Shown: positions 36,211 through 49,373, counted from the first letter of the whole stretch. The stretch is DNA of 63,490 nt, filler included, from Neoconidiobolus thromboides FSU 785 (GCA_025603075.1; 7 parts of 7 records of this genome joined end to end with filler, not necessarily neighbours in it); one strand, 5' to 3'. A program made the numbers and translations. The notes: generated from the letters alone by a model not told the origin.

Positions 36211-36399
36211 CTCCAAAGCATCTAACATTCGATCTTTAATAACTTCACGATAATTTTAGAAACACCAATTATTTTATTATATTTGGGCCAATTAAAGGAT
36301 TTAATCCTGAAAGATGATTTAAGGATATTAATTAAAGAGTATAAAATTAACTTAATTACAATCTTTTATCTCTATCTTTCCTTCAATTCTACTATAAGC

Positions 36400-36608
36400 A
36401 TGCCTTCAATTGATGACACCACTACTCCCATCCAAACTGCGCCTCAAGTACAAGGGCCGGTTATAGACGCCAACACCAATCCCAGTGTTGCACAATCATC
36501 CAAGTCTGAGGAAGAAGAATCCAGACTTGCTTTACTCCATAAAGAAGCTCATAAGTTAACTACTGAGGAGCTTATCGAACGCGTTCGTGAAATTGAAGCT
36601 GATGAGCC
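36400..36608 (+). CDS. RNR2: Ribonucleotide reductase small subunit, 5' fragment (copy 2; rest in gap)
   Basis: MPSIDDTTT...EEESRLALLHKEAHKLTTEELIERVREIEADE. The last 95 nt are identical to copy 1. Confidence 0.65.
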
Positions 36609-36765
36609 NNNNNNNNNNNNNNNNNNNNNNNNNNNNNNNNNNNNNNNNNNNNTTAATTAATTAANNNNNNNNNNNNNNNNNNNNNNNNNNNNNNNNNNNN
36701 NNNNNNNNTTTTATTAGTTTTTAGTTAAATATATCAAGCAAAACATTTCTCGATTAAAAAGTTAA

Positions 36766-36837
36766 GGGCTCAGCTGGGAATTGAACCCAGGGCCTCTCGC
36801 ACCCAAAGCGAGAATCATACCACTAGACCACTAAGCC
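36766..36837 (-). tRNA. tRNA-Pro (anticodon TGG)
   Basis: Reverse complement GGCTTAGTGGTCTAGTGGTATGATTCTCGCTTTGGGTGCGAGAGGCCCTGGGTTCAATTCCCAGCTGAGCCC forms a cloverleaf with A/B boxes and a downstream T-run. Confidence 0.96.
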
Positions 36838-37509
36838 TTTTATCTCCTATATAATAAATAAAGAAGTTATTATATTATTAACTATTCATCAAATTAGCTT
36901 TACTAAAATATCAGCACTTGATTATTATATTTCATTCAAACAAATGGTGTGAAACATTAATATTATACTGTTTTTGAATTTTGAATTATTTCAGTTCATA
37001 TAAACAGTTTTTTTGATACAAAATTTTGAATTTTAAAGATAGTATATTAATACAATCTTCTTGATGTTCTAATTTTTCTTCTGGCTTTTTATTACAGTAT
37101 ATAAATAAAATAATTTTTGAATTTTGTTTACAATAAATTTCAATACATTATTATAAATAATTCAATATATTCATGCTCTTTATAAAATTAAAATAAGTAC
37201 GATGATAGTACAAATTCAAATACAATAATTTTTTGAATTAGGTATTGTCTTTTTATATTAAATAATTTATTAAATAATATAAAGTATCTAATTACCTTCT
37301 ATTTTCATATTGTATTGATTATATTTTCAAACTAATTACAATGATACTAATTGATTTATTCCTATTGATTAACTATCATTAAATTTAGGTTTTTCAATAA
37401 AATTTTAATTGCAGTTTTTTCAACTATTTAACTTCAGTTGAATGATATTTATTACCAATCTTATTCACTTCTTTAGTCAATAGAATTGTGCAATTTAGTT
37501 TAATTATAT

Positions 37510-37606
37510 AGGGATATTTTTTTTGATTCCATTACTTTTCTACTTTTTAAGCACCATTTGAGTGGAAAGGTTGTTAGTAAAATTCTTAAACAAAAAATAC
37601 ATCCTC
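37510..37606 (-). mobile_element. MITE copy
   Basis: ATAT-AGGGATA...CATCCTC-ATAT. Confidence 0.88.
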
Positions 37607-37991
37607 ATATTATTGTTTTTATATTATTTCTTGTCCTTGGAAGCTGTGATATTTAAATATTTCATATAAATAGATACTTTGAATAATTGTATATCGATAG
37701 TTGTCTTATTTGATTATAATGTGAACCATGTAAAGTCATTAAACCCGAGATTGAAAATTTCTATTTAGATAAACTAGTAATCATTTTTTAATATTAATAA
37801 ATTAACGCTTAAATACATTATTATGGTATAATTGGTAATTGACTAAATCTCGAATTTTATGTTAGTAAAATTGAATTATAATTTATGATAACAGGATAAT
37901 TATAAATTCATCCTTAATAAAAAGTTCTAAAACAAAATAAGATTTTATATACATTTATTTATAGGTGATAATAATAATAACAACAATGGAC

Positions 37992-38129
37992 CTAATTTAA
38001 AATAAAAGAAGCAACTTTCTCAACAACGTTTGCATTTTGAGGTATGTTATTGTGATCTCCGAATTTATCATCTACTACTTGGATGTTATTAAATCCTAAT
38101 CCTTTTAGATGGGATGCGAATTCAGTTGT
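37992..38129 (-). CDS. 3' end of an unknown gene (possibly an alpha/beta-hydrolase C-terminus), truncated by gap
   Basis: Open frame TTEFASHLKGLGFNNIQVVDDKFGDHNNIPQNANVVEKVASFILN*. GDHNN resembles a catalytic-His motif. Confidence 0.5.
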   Translation of the reverse strand, partial: TTEFASHLKGLGFNNIQVVDDKFGDHNNIPQNANVVEKVASFILN

Positions 38130-38229
38130 NNNNNNNNNNNNNNNNNNNNNNNNNNNNNNNNNNNNNNNNNNNNTTAATTAATTAANNNNNNNNNNNNNNN
38201 NNNNNNNNNNNNNNNNNNNNNNNNNNNNN

Positions 38230-38318
38230 TTTTTGTATTTAAGAATTTTACTGACAATTTTTCCACATAAATAGCGCTTAAAAAATGGAAAAATAATGAA
38301 ACTAAAAAAAACAGCCCC
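38230..38318 (+). mobile_element. MITE copy (5' end in gap)
   Basis: ...ATAGCGCTTAAAAAATGGAAAAATAATGAAACTAAAAAAAACAGCCCC-ATAT. Confidence 0.85.
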
Positions 38319-39192
38319 ATATCTTAAACTAAAACTTCTAAATACTAAAAAAATAAACTGATATATTGGGTATTATATGCATGCTTTTTAAAAAGAGTGA
38401 TAAAAACTAATGTTTATATTATAAGCTGATATTTATAAAAGCAAAAAATTATTTCTCATTTATTTTTTATAAAATAACCAATATAAATTAAGCCATTTAA
38501 TCATATAAAAACAATAATATAATTGATATTATTTAAAAAAACGTTTACTAACACGTTTTTGCTTTATTAAGCTTAAAAAATAAACAAAGTAAAAAATAAA
38601 ATAATTCTTTTTATAGAGCGGGTTTTATTGTATAAAAAACTAAAATTGGCTTTTTTAAACGAATATAAGTTTTAAGGGACTAATATTATGTTACATCATG
38701 GGCATAATAACACCTTGGTATTTTTTTACTATACCTAATGATATTATCGCATTAATATTTTAATCATCCTAATAATTGTTATTGAGAGTTTTGACTTGTT
38801 TTTTTAATGATTAGATTGGTAATAACATAGTAAATAAAAACGAATATAGGTTTAAGGGCTTTTCATAGAGTTATCATTTTATTACTATTACACATATAAT
38901 CGATTTTTATATTAATAAAAAAAATTCTAAATTCATTATGTACTTACTTAATTTAGTAATTTATCTCAATGTTCTACTATAACAATAAATTAAATTAATT
39001 ACCTTAAGTAGCTGTAACACCGAAACTAGATAATTCTAAACCAACAGTTATCAATAGAAAATCACATTTCAGTTTTTGTATAATAATTAAATCTTTTAAA
39101 ATAAAAAATCAGATTTCATATCATAAGTTTCTTTTTTCTTTATTATTTAATTTTGCCTTCACTCATTTCAATTCAATAAAAAAATAATAACA

Positions 39193-40330
39193 ATGTTATC
39201 CAGTCCTAGAGAACCAATCTACTATCGTAAAAGTGAACCTAATTTTTCATCCTTACCTAAATTACCTTATAGACCTAATAATTATATACAAGAATTAAAA
39301 TGTATTAAGACTATTTTACATCAACATAGGGAGAAAGGAAATAATCGAAATATTAAGTTAATGAATCAAAATTGTTTGGATGAGAAATTGGAACAGGTAA
39401 ATAGTTTTTTAAAAGTAGAGGGAGAGATTAGGATTTTAATAGCTGGTTTTTAGATACAAGAGAATGTAGTAGGGGAAAGTAATGAATTGATAAAAAATGA
39501 AATAACATTGAATTTTATACCAAATACGAATAATACACCAGTAAGTTTTTGAAAATAATTAAAAATAGCTACTTTAATTATTCATCTCAATCTTCTATTT
39601 TATAGAAAGAATTAAAATTTTGGCGGGATACCGTACCTAAAGAGCTAGTAGATTCATTAACAAAAAACGAACGTTTAAGACAAGAATGTATTTATGAAAC
39701 CATTTATACTGAAAGAGAATTCATAAAGACATTAACATTAATAGATAAAGTAAATATTTATTTTCAATTAGAATTAAATACAAATTAAATGAATTTTTTC
39801 TCTTTACTTAGGCCATTATTAAACCGATTAAACTCATTGGTCTCTTTAATGATGAAGAATTTGAAACCTTGAAACTGTTCTTATTTCACAACTATAAAAA
39901 AATCCTAGAAATCAGTGAAACTTTATACGATAAACTTCTATATATTCAATCGCACCATCCAATCGTTGAAAACATAGCTCCAGCGTTTAGTGAATGGGTC
40001 GGGGAATTAGAGCATTTTGCTTATTACGGAGCTCATTTGCCTTTAGCTCAACGATTTTTAGAAACTCGAAAATCTTATCATCCTGAATTCGCTAAATTTG
40101 TCAATGAAATGACCAGTAATTCTAGTACTAATTACCTTCCAATGTTGAGTTTTATGAATGCTCCAACGACTAGATTGGCGAGGATGATTCTATTACTAAA
40201 TAGTATTAAAAAATACAGTCGAGAAGATAGTAAAGATTTTGAAATGATACCCATTATTGTTGATATTGTTAATAAGCATTTAAATGTTGTGGATAAAAGT
40301 GTGGTCAATGAAGCAAGTCTAGAGTTTTAA
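39193..40330 (+). CDS. RhoGEF DH-domain protein (ROM1/2-like DH), 4 exons, no PH/CNH seen
   Basis: RQECIYETIYTEREFIKDL...APTTRLARMILLLNSIKKYS. GT-AG introns at about 39397, 39541 and 39749. Confidence 0.8.
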
Positions 40331-40585
40331 TAAGGATGGAAAAGGAGCTGAAAACTTTTTGGATGTTTTTTCTTTTGTGTTATCTTTTATGATGTCAATT
40401 TGATATTTGGATTATTAATAAAGTTTTAATTATTTTTTATATTTAATTGAGTTTGTTTGAATTTAATATTGTATGTGTGGTTTTTAAGTTTCGATAAATT
40501 TTTAGTGCTTTATATGTTATATTACTGTTATTATTCGTGATTTGAATAAAGTGTGAATCTAAAAATCATTAAGGTTATATAATAT

Positions 40586-40682
40586 GGGGATGTATTTTTT
40601 TGTTTAAGAATTTTACTACAACCTTTCCACTCAAATAGTGCTTAAAAAATGGAAAAATAATGAAACCAAAAAAAACAGCCCC
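40586..40682 (+). mobile_element. MITE copy (consensus-like, 97 bp)
   Basis: ATAT-GGGGATGTATTTTTT...AAAAAAACAGCCCC-ATAT. Confidence 0.93.
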
Positions 40683-41217
40683 ATATATTGTTAAAAAATA
40701 AATGACAAAAATCAAATGAAATCACCACATTGATGTTACAAAAAATCAAAAAATCAAAAAATCAAAAAAACGCAAAGCCACTTAAAATTACCATATATGC
40801 AATAATCACATCGTGTAATACAGGTATTGTAACTCTTTTGTAGCTTAACTAACTGCTTATTTAAGAGAAAAATTTATAGTAAAGTCGCGCCAATCATAAG
40901 GATCAATCATTAATAAAATTAGGTATATGAAAAATTTAGTTATAAAAATTGTTGCTAAAAAAGTAGCAAAAGAGTTACGACAGCTGTAGAAGACAGAACT
41001 TCTCAGTTTGAGTTTGAGTTTTTAATTTTTAATTTATACTTTCTAATCTTGTTCTTTAAAACTAATTCAATCTATTGCTTAAAAAAAAGACGGATAAATT
41101 TTATCAACCACGATTTTTAAGTTCTTTGTTTAATGACTATTCAATTTGGATTTCAATAACATCAGCTTTTTCAATATAACAAGAATATAACATAATACAA
41201 TCAATTTACGACATAAA

Positions 41218-43586
41218 ATGGAATCTAAAGATGATAATATAGACAAGCCAAAACCCGATGGCAGTGGAGGTTTCTTAAATAGTTTATTGTTTTTAAACAA
41301 CTTGAGAAAAAATAGTCAAAAAGAAAAGAAAAAAATTATAACGAAAAATTTCGAATTAATTGAGGTAAGTTAAAAAAAGATTTCATTTCCTCAATATCAA
41401 AAAAGATATTGATACTAGTATTAACTCTTATTAGTTAGCAAGCTATGGTTTTCCTGGTATAGCTAATTGCTATTCTTATTGCCCAATTCAAAAATTATTA
41501 GCTATAGGTAACTATTAATTGTTCCCCTTAGTTTAGCTCCTTAAAACTTAATTTCTTTCTATTAGGTACTTCCACAGGTAGGGTAGTGATCCTTGGCAAT
41601 TCTGGAATTGCTTTGCGTTTAAATATCACTTTAAAACATGGTATAACGGAAATATTATTCTTATCGAATTTGCCATTAGTTATCTGTATAACTCAATTAA
41701 ATGAAGTTATATTATTAGATATTATTAATATAACAATTAATAAGATTTATCATTGTAACCAAAACATTACTTGTATTGAAACATATCCAGATTCTAAATG
41801 GCTGTTGATCGGTACTGATAAAGGAGAGATTCAATTATTAGATCTAGTTTATGGTGTTTTATCAGAACATAAGTTACATTGCTTGGAGAGTAGTATTCGA
41901 TTTTTAAAGATTCATCCAGTTAGCTATACAAGTTTATTAGCTGCTTCAGAAACTGGAGAAATTTGTTTAATTAATTTAAAAACTGGGAAATTAATTTTGA
42001 ATTTTTTATTAAATGAAATATATTCTATCGAACAATCAATAGTTTTAACTTCAATTTGTTGGAATCCAAAAGGAAATTATTTTGTAACGGGATATGATAA
42101 CGGTTGGTTAATATTTTGGGATCCAATGAATAATAAAGAAACAGTTTGTACAAGAACAATAGAAAGTGAAACTATAGATATTGCTTTGGAATTAGCTTTA
42201 CCTGAAGAAAGAGAACCTATTATTAGTTTACAGTGGTGTCAATTTAATAACACAGATGAGAGCTTTCTTTATATAATTGGTGGTAATGATATTGGACAAG
42301 AAAATAATTTAACTGTGTTAAAGTTCATATTAAATGATATAAAATCATCAATTAATAAAGAGTCGATATCAATCACACAAGAATCATTAAAAAAATGTAC
42401 AATGATGCCATTATCTTCCCCTTGGAATGGTGGTTTATTGAATCCCAAAGCCATTATTTGTTTATCTAAAAAAGGCAATTTATATAGTTATAATTTAATT
42501 GGAGAAAGTATCCAATTGCATTTACTATTACAATGGTTAAGTTTTGATATTCAACATTCTAAATTAATTTCTCAATGTTCACCTATTATTTATAATGCTA
42601 TAATAGCTCATGAAACTTCATTTAATCCTCAATTGATAAATAATAATATAAATAATAATATAAATAATAACAATAATAATAACAATAATAACGTGAATTT
42701 AAATTTTGAATTAGAAGGTGGAATTTTATTACCTAAACAAGTAGATCACTTTTTTTATGATTTTTTATTAAGTTCTCATCAAGATGGAGCAGTTAGATTA
42801 TGGGATTCATCAACCAATGTACTAGCACCTATTAGCCATTTAACTATTTGGCCAAACAAACTTGAAGGTCATGAAAATAGTCAATTAACTGGTTTAAATT
42901 TAGATGCTAATACAGGCCATCTAATTGCTACTTTAAATCATAATTCTATTTTAGTTTATCAATTTTGTCATCGTTCCAAATGTCATATTCATACTCCTGA
43001 ATCTTCTCAATCTTCTTCTCCTAATTATAAAGACTTCAATGAAAATAACGAACCAAATGAGGAACAGAAAGACATACAAGAAAAACTAATGGAAGGAGAA
43101 GGGATGAAAGTAAACAATGATACTGACCATAATCCAAGAATTCAAGATAGAGAAGATATATATATTTATAACATAAAGCGAATCCAAGAAATCGATAAAA
43201 ATATTTATCCGTCCTTTGAATTATTGGGTCATCGTGGTAGTATTGCTTATTCAGTTTTAAAAAATGGATTGTAAGTATTTAATATTATATAAATTCTATT
43301 AATGAAAATGATTTATTTAATTATTATTTTATTTTAGTTTAATTGTTAGTGATACTTACGGTGGTTTTTCAATTACAGAAATTCAATTAAAAAAATTAAT
43401 TTACTTTGAAAGAGGTAAAAGATTTTATTTTTTAATATATTAAGTTGATACTGATTTTATTATTTAGAGATTCAACCTGTTGTTGTTACTAAATTTTCTA
43501 CTATGCTACCAAACTCTAATCAACAAAAAGATCATTGTAATTCAATTGAATTTATATCTCAAATGGATATTAAAGCTAATTTAAAC

Positions 43587-43626
<40 letters not shown>

Positions 43627-45565
43627 GGAATAATAATACTTTTATAATTAGAACTTAAAATCTTAGGAATTACAAATAATTATAATATATATATGGTTAC
43701 TTTAGATTTAAAAGATAATAATCGAAAGATATCTAAAGGAAAAATCTTTACGTATAATGAAATAGATCAAACACCTACATATATTTCTTTTTATAGTAAA
43801 CAAGTTGAAAGTATACTCCCCACTCCTATTGATATGAAATCACCAGAGCAACAAGAGCCAAAAGAAATATTAGAAGAAAAAGAAAATGAAGAAAATAAAG
43901 ATAACTTAAGTAAAAAGCCAACATGGAAAGGATTAAAAGATATTAATAATGCTGCTAATCGATTAACTAAAAAATTTACTATTACTGGTAATGGTAAAAA
44001 CAAAAGTAAAGATTCCATGCTAGCAAAAATTGTATCGAGGAAATCAAGTGTACAAAGTATTAAAGAGGATAAAAAAAATGAAAGTGGATTGATAGAGGAA
44101 AAAGAACAAGTGGGGGATTTGGAAAAGAAGATTGAAAAAGAAGATGAAAATCAAATTTTAATGGATAGTAGTTTGATATCTGAAAAAGAAAATTCATCAC
44201 CTCCTTCCCCTACCCTTTCGTTGGACATTAAAAGTAAACAAAATAGTAAAGAAATCTCATCTATCCCCTCCTCACCAGTAGAAAATAAAATTAAACAAAT
44301 GAGTAAAGATAAGAATAATAAAGAGATTCTGACTTCACCTTCCTCCCCAGCCGAGAATAAAATCAAAACCTTAAGTAAAGATGGATTAGATCCCAATGAT
44401 TATTCCATTATATGTTTTGAAACTAAAATCATTGTTCATAAACATAAAGATAAAAAAGTATTGAATAAAGTTACGGTGGAAGAGGATAGAGGCAGAATTT
44501 TAACAGCTAAATACGTTAGAAATCACGGTAAGTTGGAAGTTTTTTATTATGGAAAATGAGTTTATTGACATTATTGAAATTTTTAGAGAATGATATTTTA
44601 GTATGTTTAACCTCAAAAGGTTTTGTAGATGTTTATGATTTACCTGAATTAAATTTTATTCATAAAACAGAAATTCCATTATCTGAAACTTATAAGTAAG
44701 CCAAGTTTTATTTTAATAATAATAATAATAATTTTTAACATTTAGTCTTAACCAATGTACTATTACTCCCGATGGCCGAATATTTGTAAATATTAATCCA
44801 TTTGAATTGAAACAATATTGTTTATATGAAGATCATGATGCGTAAGGATAAAATTTGTTTTTTTTATAAATTTAGAATTCAATAATGAATATTAAAAATA
44901 ATTAGTTTAAGTAGTCCCTTATGTTCCAAAATTCAGCTATATGATCCAACCAAATTTTGTCCCGAATTACCAATTGAAGAGATACCTTGGTATTCTCTAG
45001 CTTTTAATAGAGTAACAAAAGATACGATTATAAAAATTTGTAAGTTTTAAGTTGATTTATTATTATTAAATTTGACAACTAACCGATTGGTTAATTTCAT
45101 TTTTATTTCAATCCACTTTTAGTTGAACGTCATCGATCTATTGATGCTAAACCCATTGATCGAACAAAAAGTAATCGCTATGTAAGAATACGGAAGTATT
45201 CGGATGCAGCTCATAATTGCCCACTCATTTGTGGAGTCCATTCCATTGGTGCTAGTCAACCTAATATTCATTCCTCTAAAACATCTATGAAATCACAGTT
45301 AAGTGAAAATAATAATGATCTTACCAACTCCAATTCCAACTCTAAATCAGTAATAAATCCTAATAGTCCAGTTGATAAAGAAAAACCAAAGACTGGATTA
45401 GCTGCTATGTTATCTCAAACTACAGACAAATTAAAAGAAAGGGAAGATAAATTAAGTAATATTGAAGAAGCTATGAAAGACACAAGTGAGGCTTCAAAAG
45501 ATTTCTTAAATCAAATTAAAGCTTATAACCAAAAACAAGCAAATAAAAAATGGTATCAGTTGTAG
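41218..45565 (+). CDS. SRO7: Lgl/tomosyn (SRO7/SRO77-like) WD40 protein, multi-exon
   Basis: WD40 repeats (WLLIGTDKGEIQL, FVTGYDNGWLIFWD, LLSSHQDGAVRLWD). C-terminal R-SNARE-like coil (MLSQTTDKLKEREDKLSNIEEAM..KKWYQL). Confidence 0.8.
43590..43626 (+). repeat. (AAT)n microsatellite (intronic); a coding poly-Asn AAT tract is at ~42639-42692
   Basis: Direct tandem AAT. Confidence 0.9.
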
Positions 45566-45993
45566 AAAAAGAAGAATGATGAGGAAAGATAGGATAAGTG
45601 TATGTTTTAATGAGTTTATAAATTTAAAATGAGATTGTTTTTAGTATTTGTTAAATTAAAATTTATATATCACAGTTTTTATAATAAACTTTGTTATCAA
45701 TTTGATATAATTATTTTAAGTTAATTTATAATTGTCAACTATTTTATTATTATAATAAAGATAAAAGGTTCTATTTTCTATTTATTTTATAATTGGGTTT
45801 AATTTTTTTGAATTAATATCCTATTTGATTTGCGTAAAAAAAAACTTAATATTTAAACTATCTTAATATTTTAATTTAATGATTTTATCTTTAAAACCTA
45901 ATACATGGTTTATAAATTTAAATCAAAAACACTCTTAAATATTAGATTTAATACTAAAATAACATCATCTCTCATTCCATCCTCAAACATAAC

Positions 45994-48900
45994 TTATTTA
46001 GGTGAAGGTGCATTAAAAGTCAGCCCAGAAATCCCAAGCGATGATGACGACCCGCCAAGTGAAGGCATAGGGCCAATGGAAGCGGTAGCAGTCACATAAT
46101 GCATATTATTATCATCTAGAGAGTTACCATTCGAAATCGGTCTTGTCTTATTTTCAGTTTGTAAATTAAAATCCTCTCGACGAATGCCTAATAACCTTGG
46201 TAAATCGGCCTCAAAAAAATCTTGGCGACATTTTAAATAAGGATAAATGGAAGAGATATCCAAATTAGCTAACATACCACTACGAAGCAAAGAGGGGATA
46301 CTGGCTGGATTATCCATAAATAACAAGTCAGCAATCTCTTTTAAAATCTCAAACCGGGAAGTGAGTTCTTCCACTTTAAGATCTCGAATAAGACCTTGAT
46401 ATTGAGAAATATCTAAAAATAATAACATACCACCATTAGGAGATACAGTAAATTTTTTAAAATGTTCTAATAATAAACTAAAAAAATAAAAATATAGATT
46501 AATATAATTTCATTTCAACCTTTAAAAAAATTCATTACCTATGGACCCCCGTACCCAATTCTACATAATATGATTTTAAATTAGCACCTTCAAAATGAAG
46601 TTTCGCTGCTTGAAATACTTTTTTTAACACATCTACACATTTTCGACAAGTTTCTGTTGGCATTGAAAGCATTTCCAAATCTACTGCATCTTCTGGTATT
46701 TTATAAGTTAATCGATTTTGTGAATTTAAGGTGACAGAAATCCATTTTAAAATTTGCGAGGTTTCTTCGTGAAGTATGTTATTGATGGAATTTTCCAATA
46801 TGGACATTAATGAATTTTTTTTAACTACTACTTCTCGATAAGAGGGTGGAGATGACGACACAAGAGGTAAAACTGAAAATTCAAAATGTTTTTGAATTAA
46901 TTGCATAATATGATTAATTTGTTCCGCTAATTCAAATGAATGTTTTGTTTCTTCTATATTAAATTGTCGATAATCTCGATGTTGGATTTCATTTAAAGAT
47001 CGATGAAGTATACTTTCTAAAAACTTCCCACTTAAAAAATCAATTAAGATAGCAAATAACTTATTTGAGTAACTATGTAAGTCCGATGCTGGTGCTAATT
47101 CTGCACATCTTCCCATTGCTTCTCCATGAATATTTAATATATTGATAACAATATCAATTAATCCAATGGTTGATGAATTATCTATATTTCCATTTTTTCC
47201 ATTAAAGTTTTCTTCATTATTATTATATCCAAGATTATTTTGGTGGTTTAAATTTTGTGTTCCAGAAATAGGTGAGTTAGAATTAGAATTCACCATATCT
47301 GCTGCTTTAGCTAATCTAGCAAACATACTAGGTTTGACTTGAGCTTTATTATTTTCGATTGATTTAGACCTCTTTAAAAAATAAGGTTCAATTAATGTTG
47401 GTAATATATTTTTAATATAGTTTTGTTCTAATTCCAAATACCCTTTGGGTACAAAAAATTCTTCTAGCCATCTTTCAGCTGTATTAGATACTTCTGTATA
47501 TCCTCTATCTAATGGTATCCCTATATCAGCATTGTAATTACTATTGTTAATACTCTCAATTCCATATGTTGAATTTCGATCTTCCTTTTTGTTAGTTGTT
47601 CGATTCTTTTTTTGTAAATAGGGATAAATAAAATGACGATCAAATTGTTTCAAATCGGATACTAAATTAGCTGTACATGAGTGAGTACTTGATAGTGTTC
47701 TTAAATAAGCTAGTGGAGATTTTTGTTCTGCTTTATCAAGTAGTCCTTCTAAATATTGATCAATCTATAATTTAGCTGAATTAAAATATTAATGTTTTGT
47801 TGATATTAATTAATGATTACCGATTGATTAAATATTCTTTCTAAAAATTGTCGGATAACAAATAAAGCATTTGGAAATACTTTAGAAATAATATCCCATT
47901 CTTTAGCAACTACACCACGAACCTCGCTATATAATTTAACCATCCATGGGTCCGGTGGTGGTGGAGGATATTTGGGATTGTTAATTTGGGATTGTTGGCT
48001 ATTAAATTAATTATTGTATTGTTATTATTGAGATTCTCTTTTAAAGTAAGACTTACGTTTCTAAAGAATGTTTAGCCAATTCAATTGAGGATTCTCTTAA
48101 TTTTCTTTGAGACATAAAGAATTCATGTTGATTAATGTATGCTTGCATACATGAATTTCCACCATTGAAATCAAGTAAAGTTTTAGAACATGACTAATTA
48201 TCATGAATATAAATTCATTATTTCTATTTACAATTATACTTACTGCCATTGTAGAAATATCTCCATTAGTATAAGCTTGATCAAAGGTTTCTAAAAGATC
48301 TTGTTCTAAATTTTCGTTATATTTTTCGATTGTAATTCTGGTCTATTTTGAATACATTAGTTAATAAATTCACTGACTTTTATCTCATTGAAAACTCAAG
48401 AATCTAAAATTTTAAATAAAAGCTTACCTTTTCCATCCCTGGAAAATCAATTTCTTTGGATATGTTGCTTAATTTTCTTGCAATTATAGCTGCCTTTAAT
48501 TAAAAATATTAATTGTTATGTTAATTTTGAGCATTTGTTTTGAACCTTAAATATTATTATGAAATAACCTCTGTTATTTTTAAAGTCAAATTTAATATTA
48601 TTTTCATTAAATGTTCCTTCTATCAAAAAACAATAACTTACTTTATACTGGCCGTCAGGACCTTGAACGGATCTCATTTCTTCCAATTGATTACATTGTC
48701 CATGTTGACTAAACTCAAGAAAAAAACTAAATAAATCTCTAGCTTGTAACAATCTTGATCTCTGTTTATCAATCGATTCCAATTGCTGACCAATTCTAAT
48801 AGCTGTATTCCCTACTTCTCCAATTTGACTTTCTAGAGATTTACTGGATATTTGAACCTCCTAATAGAGATCATTATTATTATGTTTTTTTTAGTTCGTT

Positions 48901-49373
48901 TTAGATTTGTTAATGGTTTTGTGGTGGATTGACTTACTTTGAAAGAATTATTGAGATTGGTAAGATGCTTGTCATGTTCTTTTTCAGCTACTGAAGTGGC
49001 GGTTTCAAGTTCGACAATTCGAGTTTTAACTGTGTTTTGTAATGTTTGTAAAGTATCTAAAGCATATTCAAATTTTCTTATAAATGGTTTAGCAACAAAC
49101 TCTTTGCCTTTTTATTTAGAAAATGTTGTTGATTTAGTTTATTGATTAGATAATAGAATGATATACTTACTTTTATAATCCTTTCTAGCATCTGTTACAA
49201 TTGTTGAAGATAAATCATCAATAAATTTTTTACTGTCAACTTCGGACTAGTTAAAGAGTATTACTAATTATTGCCTTTTTATATATTGTTTTTTTACTTA
49301 CATAAAAATGCTCAATTGTTAATTTTTCCGAAATACTATTATCAATACTATGAATCGTTTGTGCTTGTTTCAT
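45994..49373 (-). CDS. SEC10: Exocyst component Sec10 (EXOC5), multi-exon
   Basis: KPFIRKFEYALDTL; EVGNTAIRIGQQLESIDKQRSR; HGEAMGRCAELAP; PTETCRKCVDVL; TSRFEILKEIADLLFM. ATG at 49373. Confidence 0.9.

Noticed and set aside
36283-36399. 5' extension of ORF 36283-36660 from a TTG start
   Set aside because: The paralogue comparison and promoter spacing point to ATG 36400. The extension is T-rich UTR-like sequence.
36860-37960. Possible F-box/LRR pseudogenes here and at ~23950-24840
   Set aside because: Only vague LxxL-type fragments between many stops in extremely AT-rich DNA.
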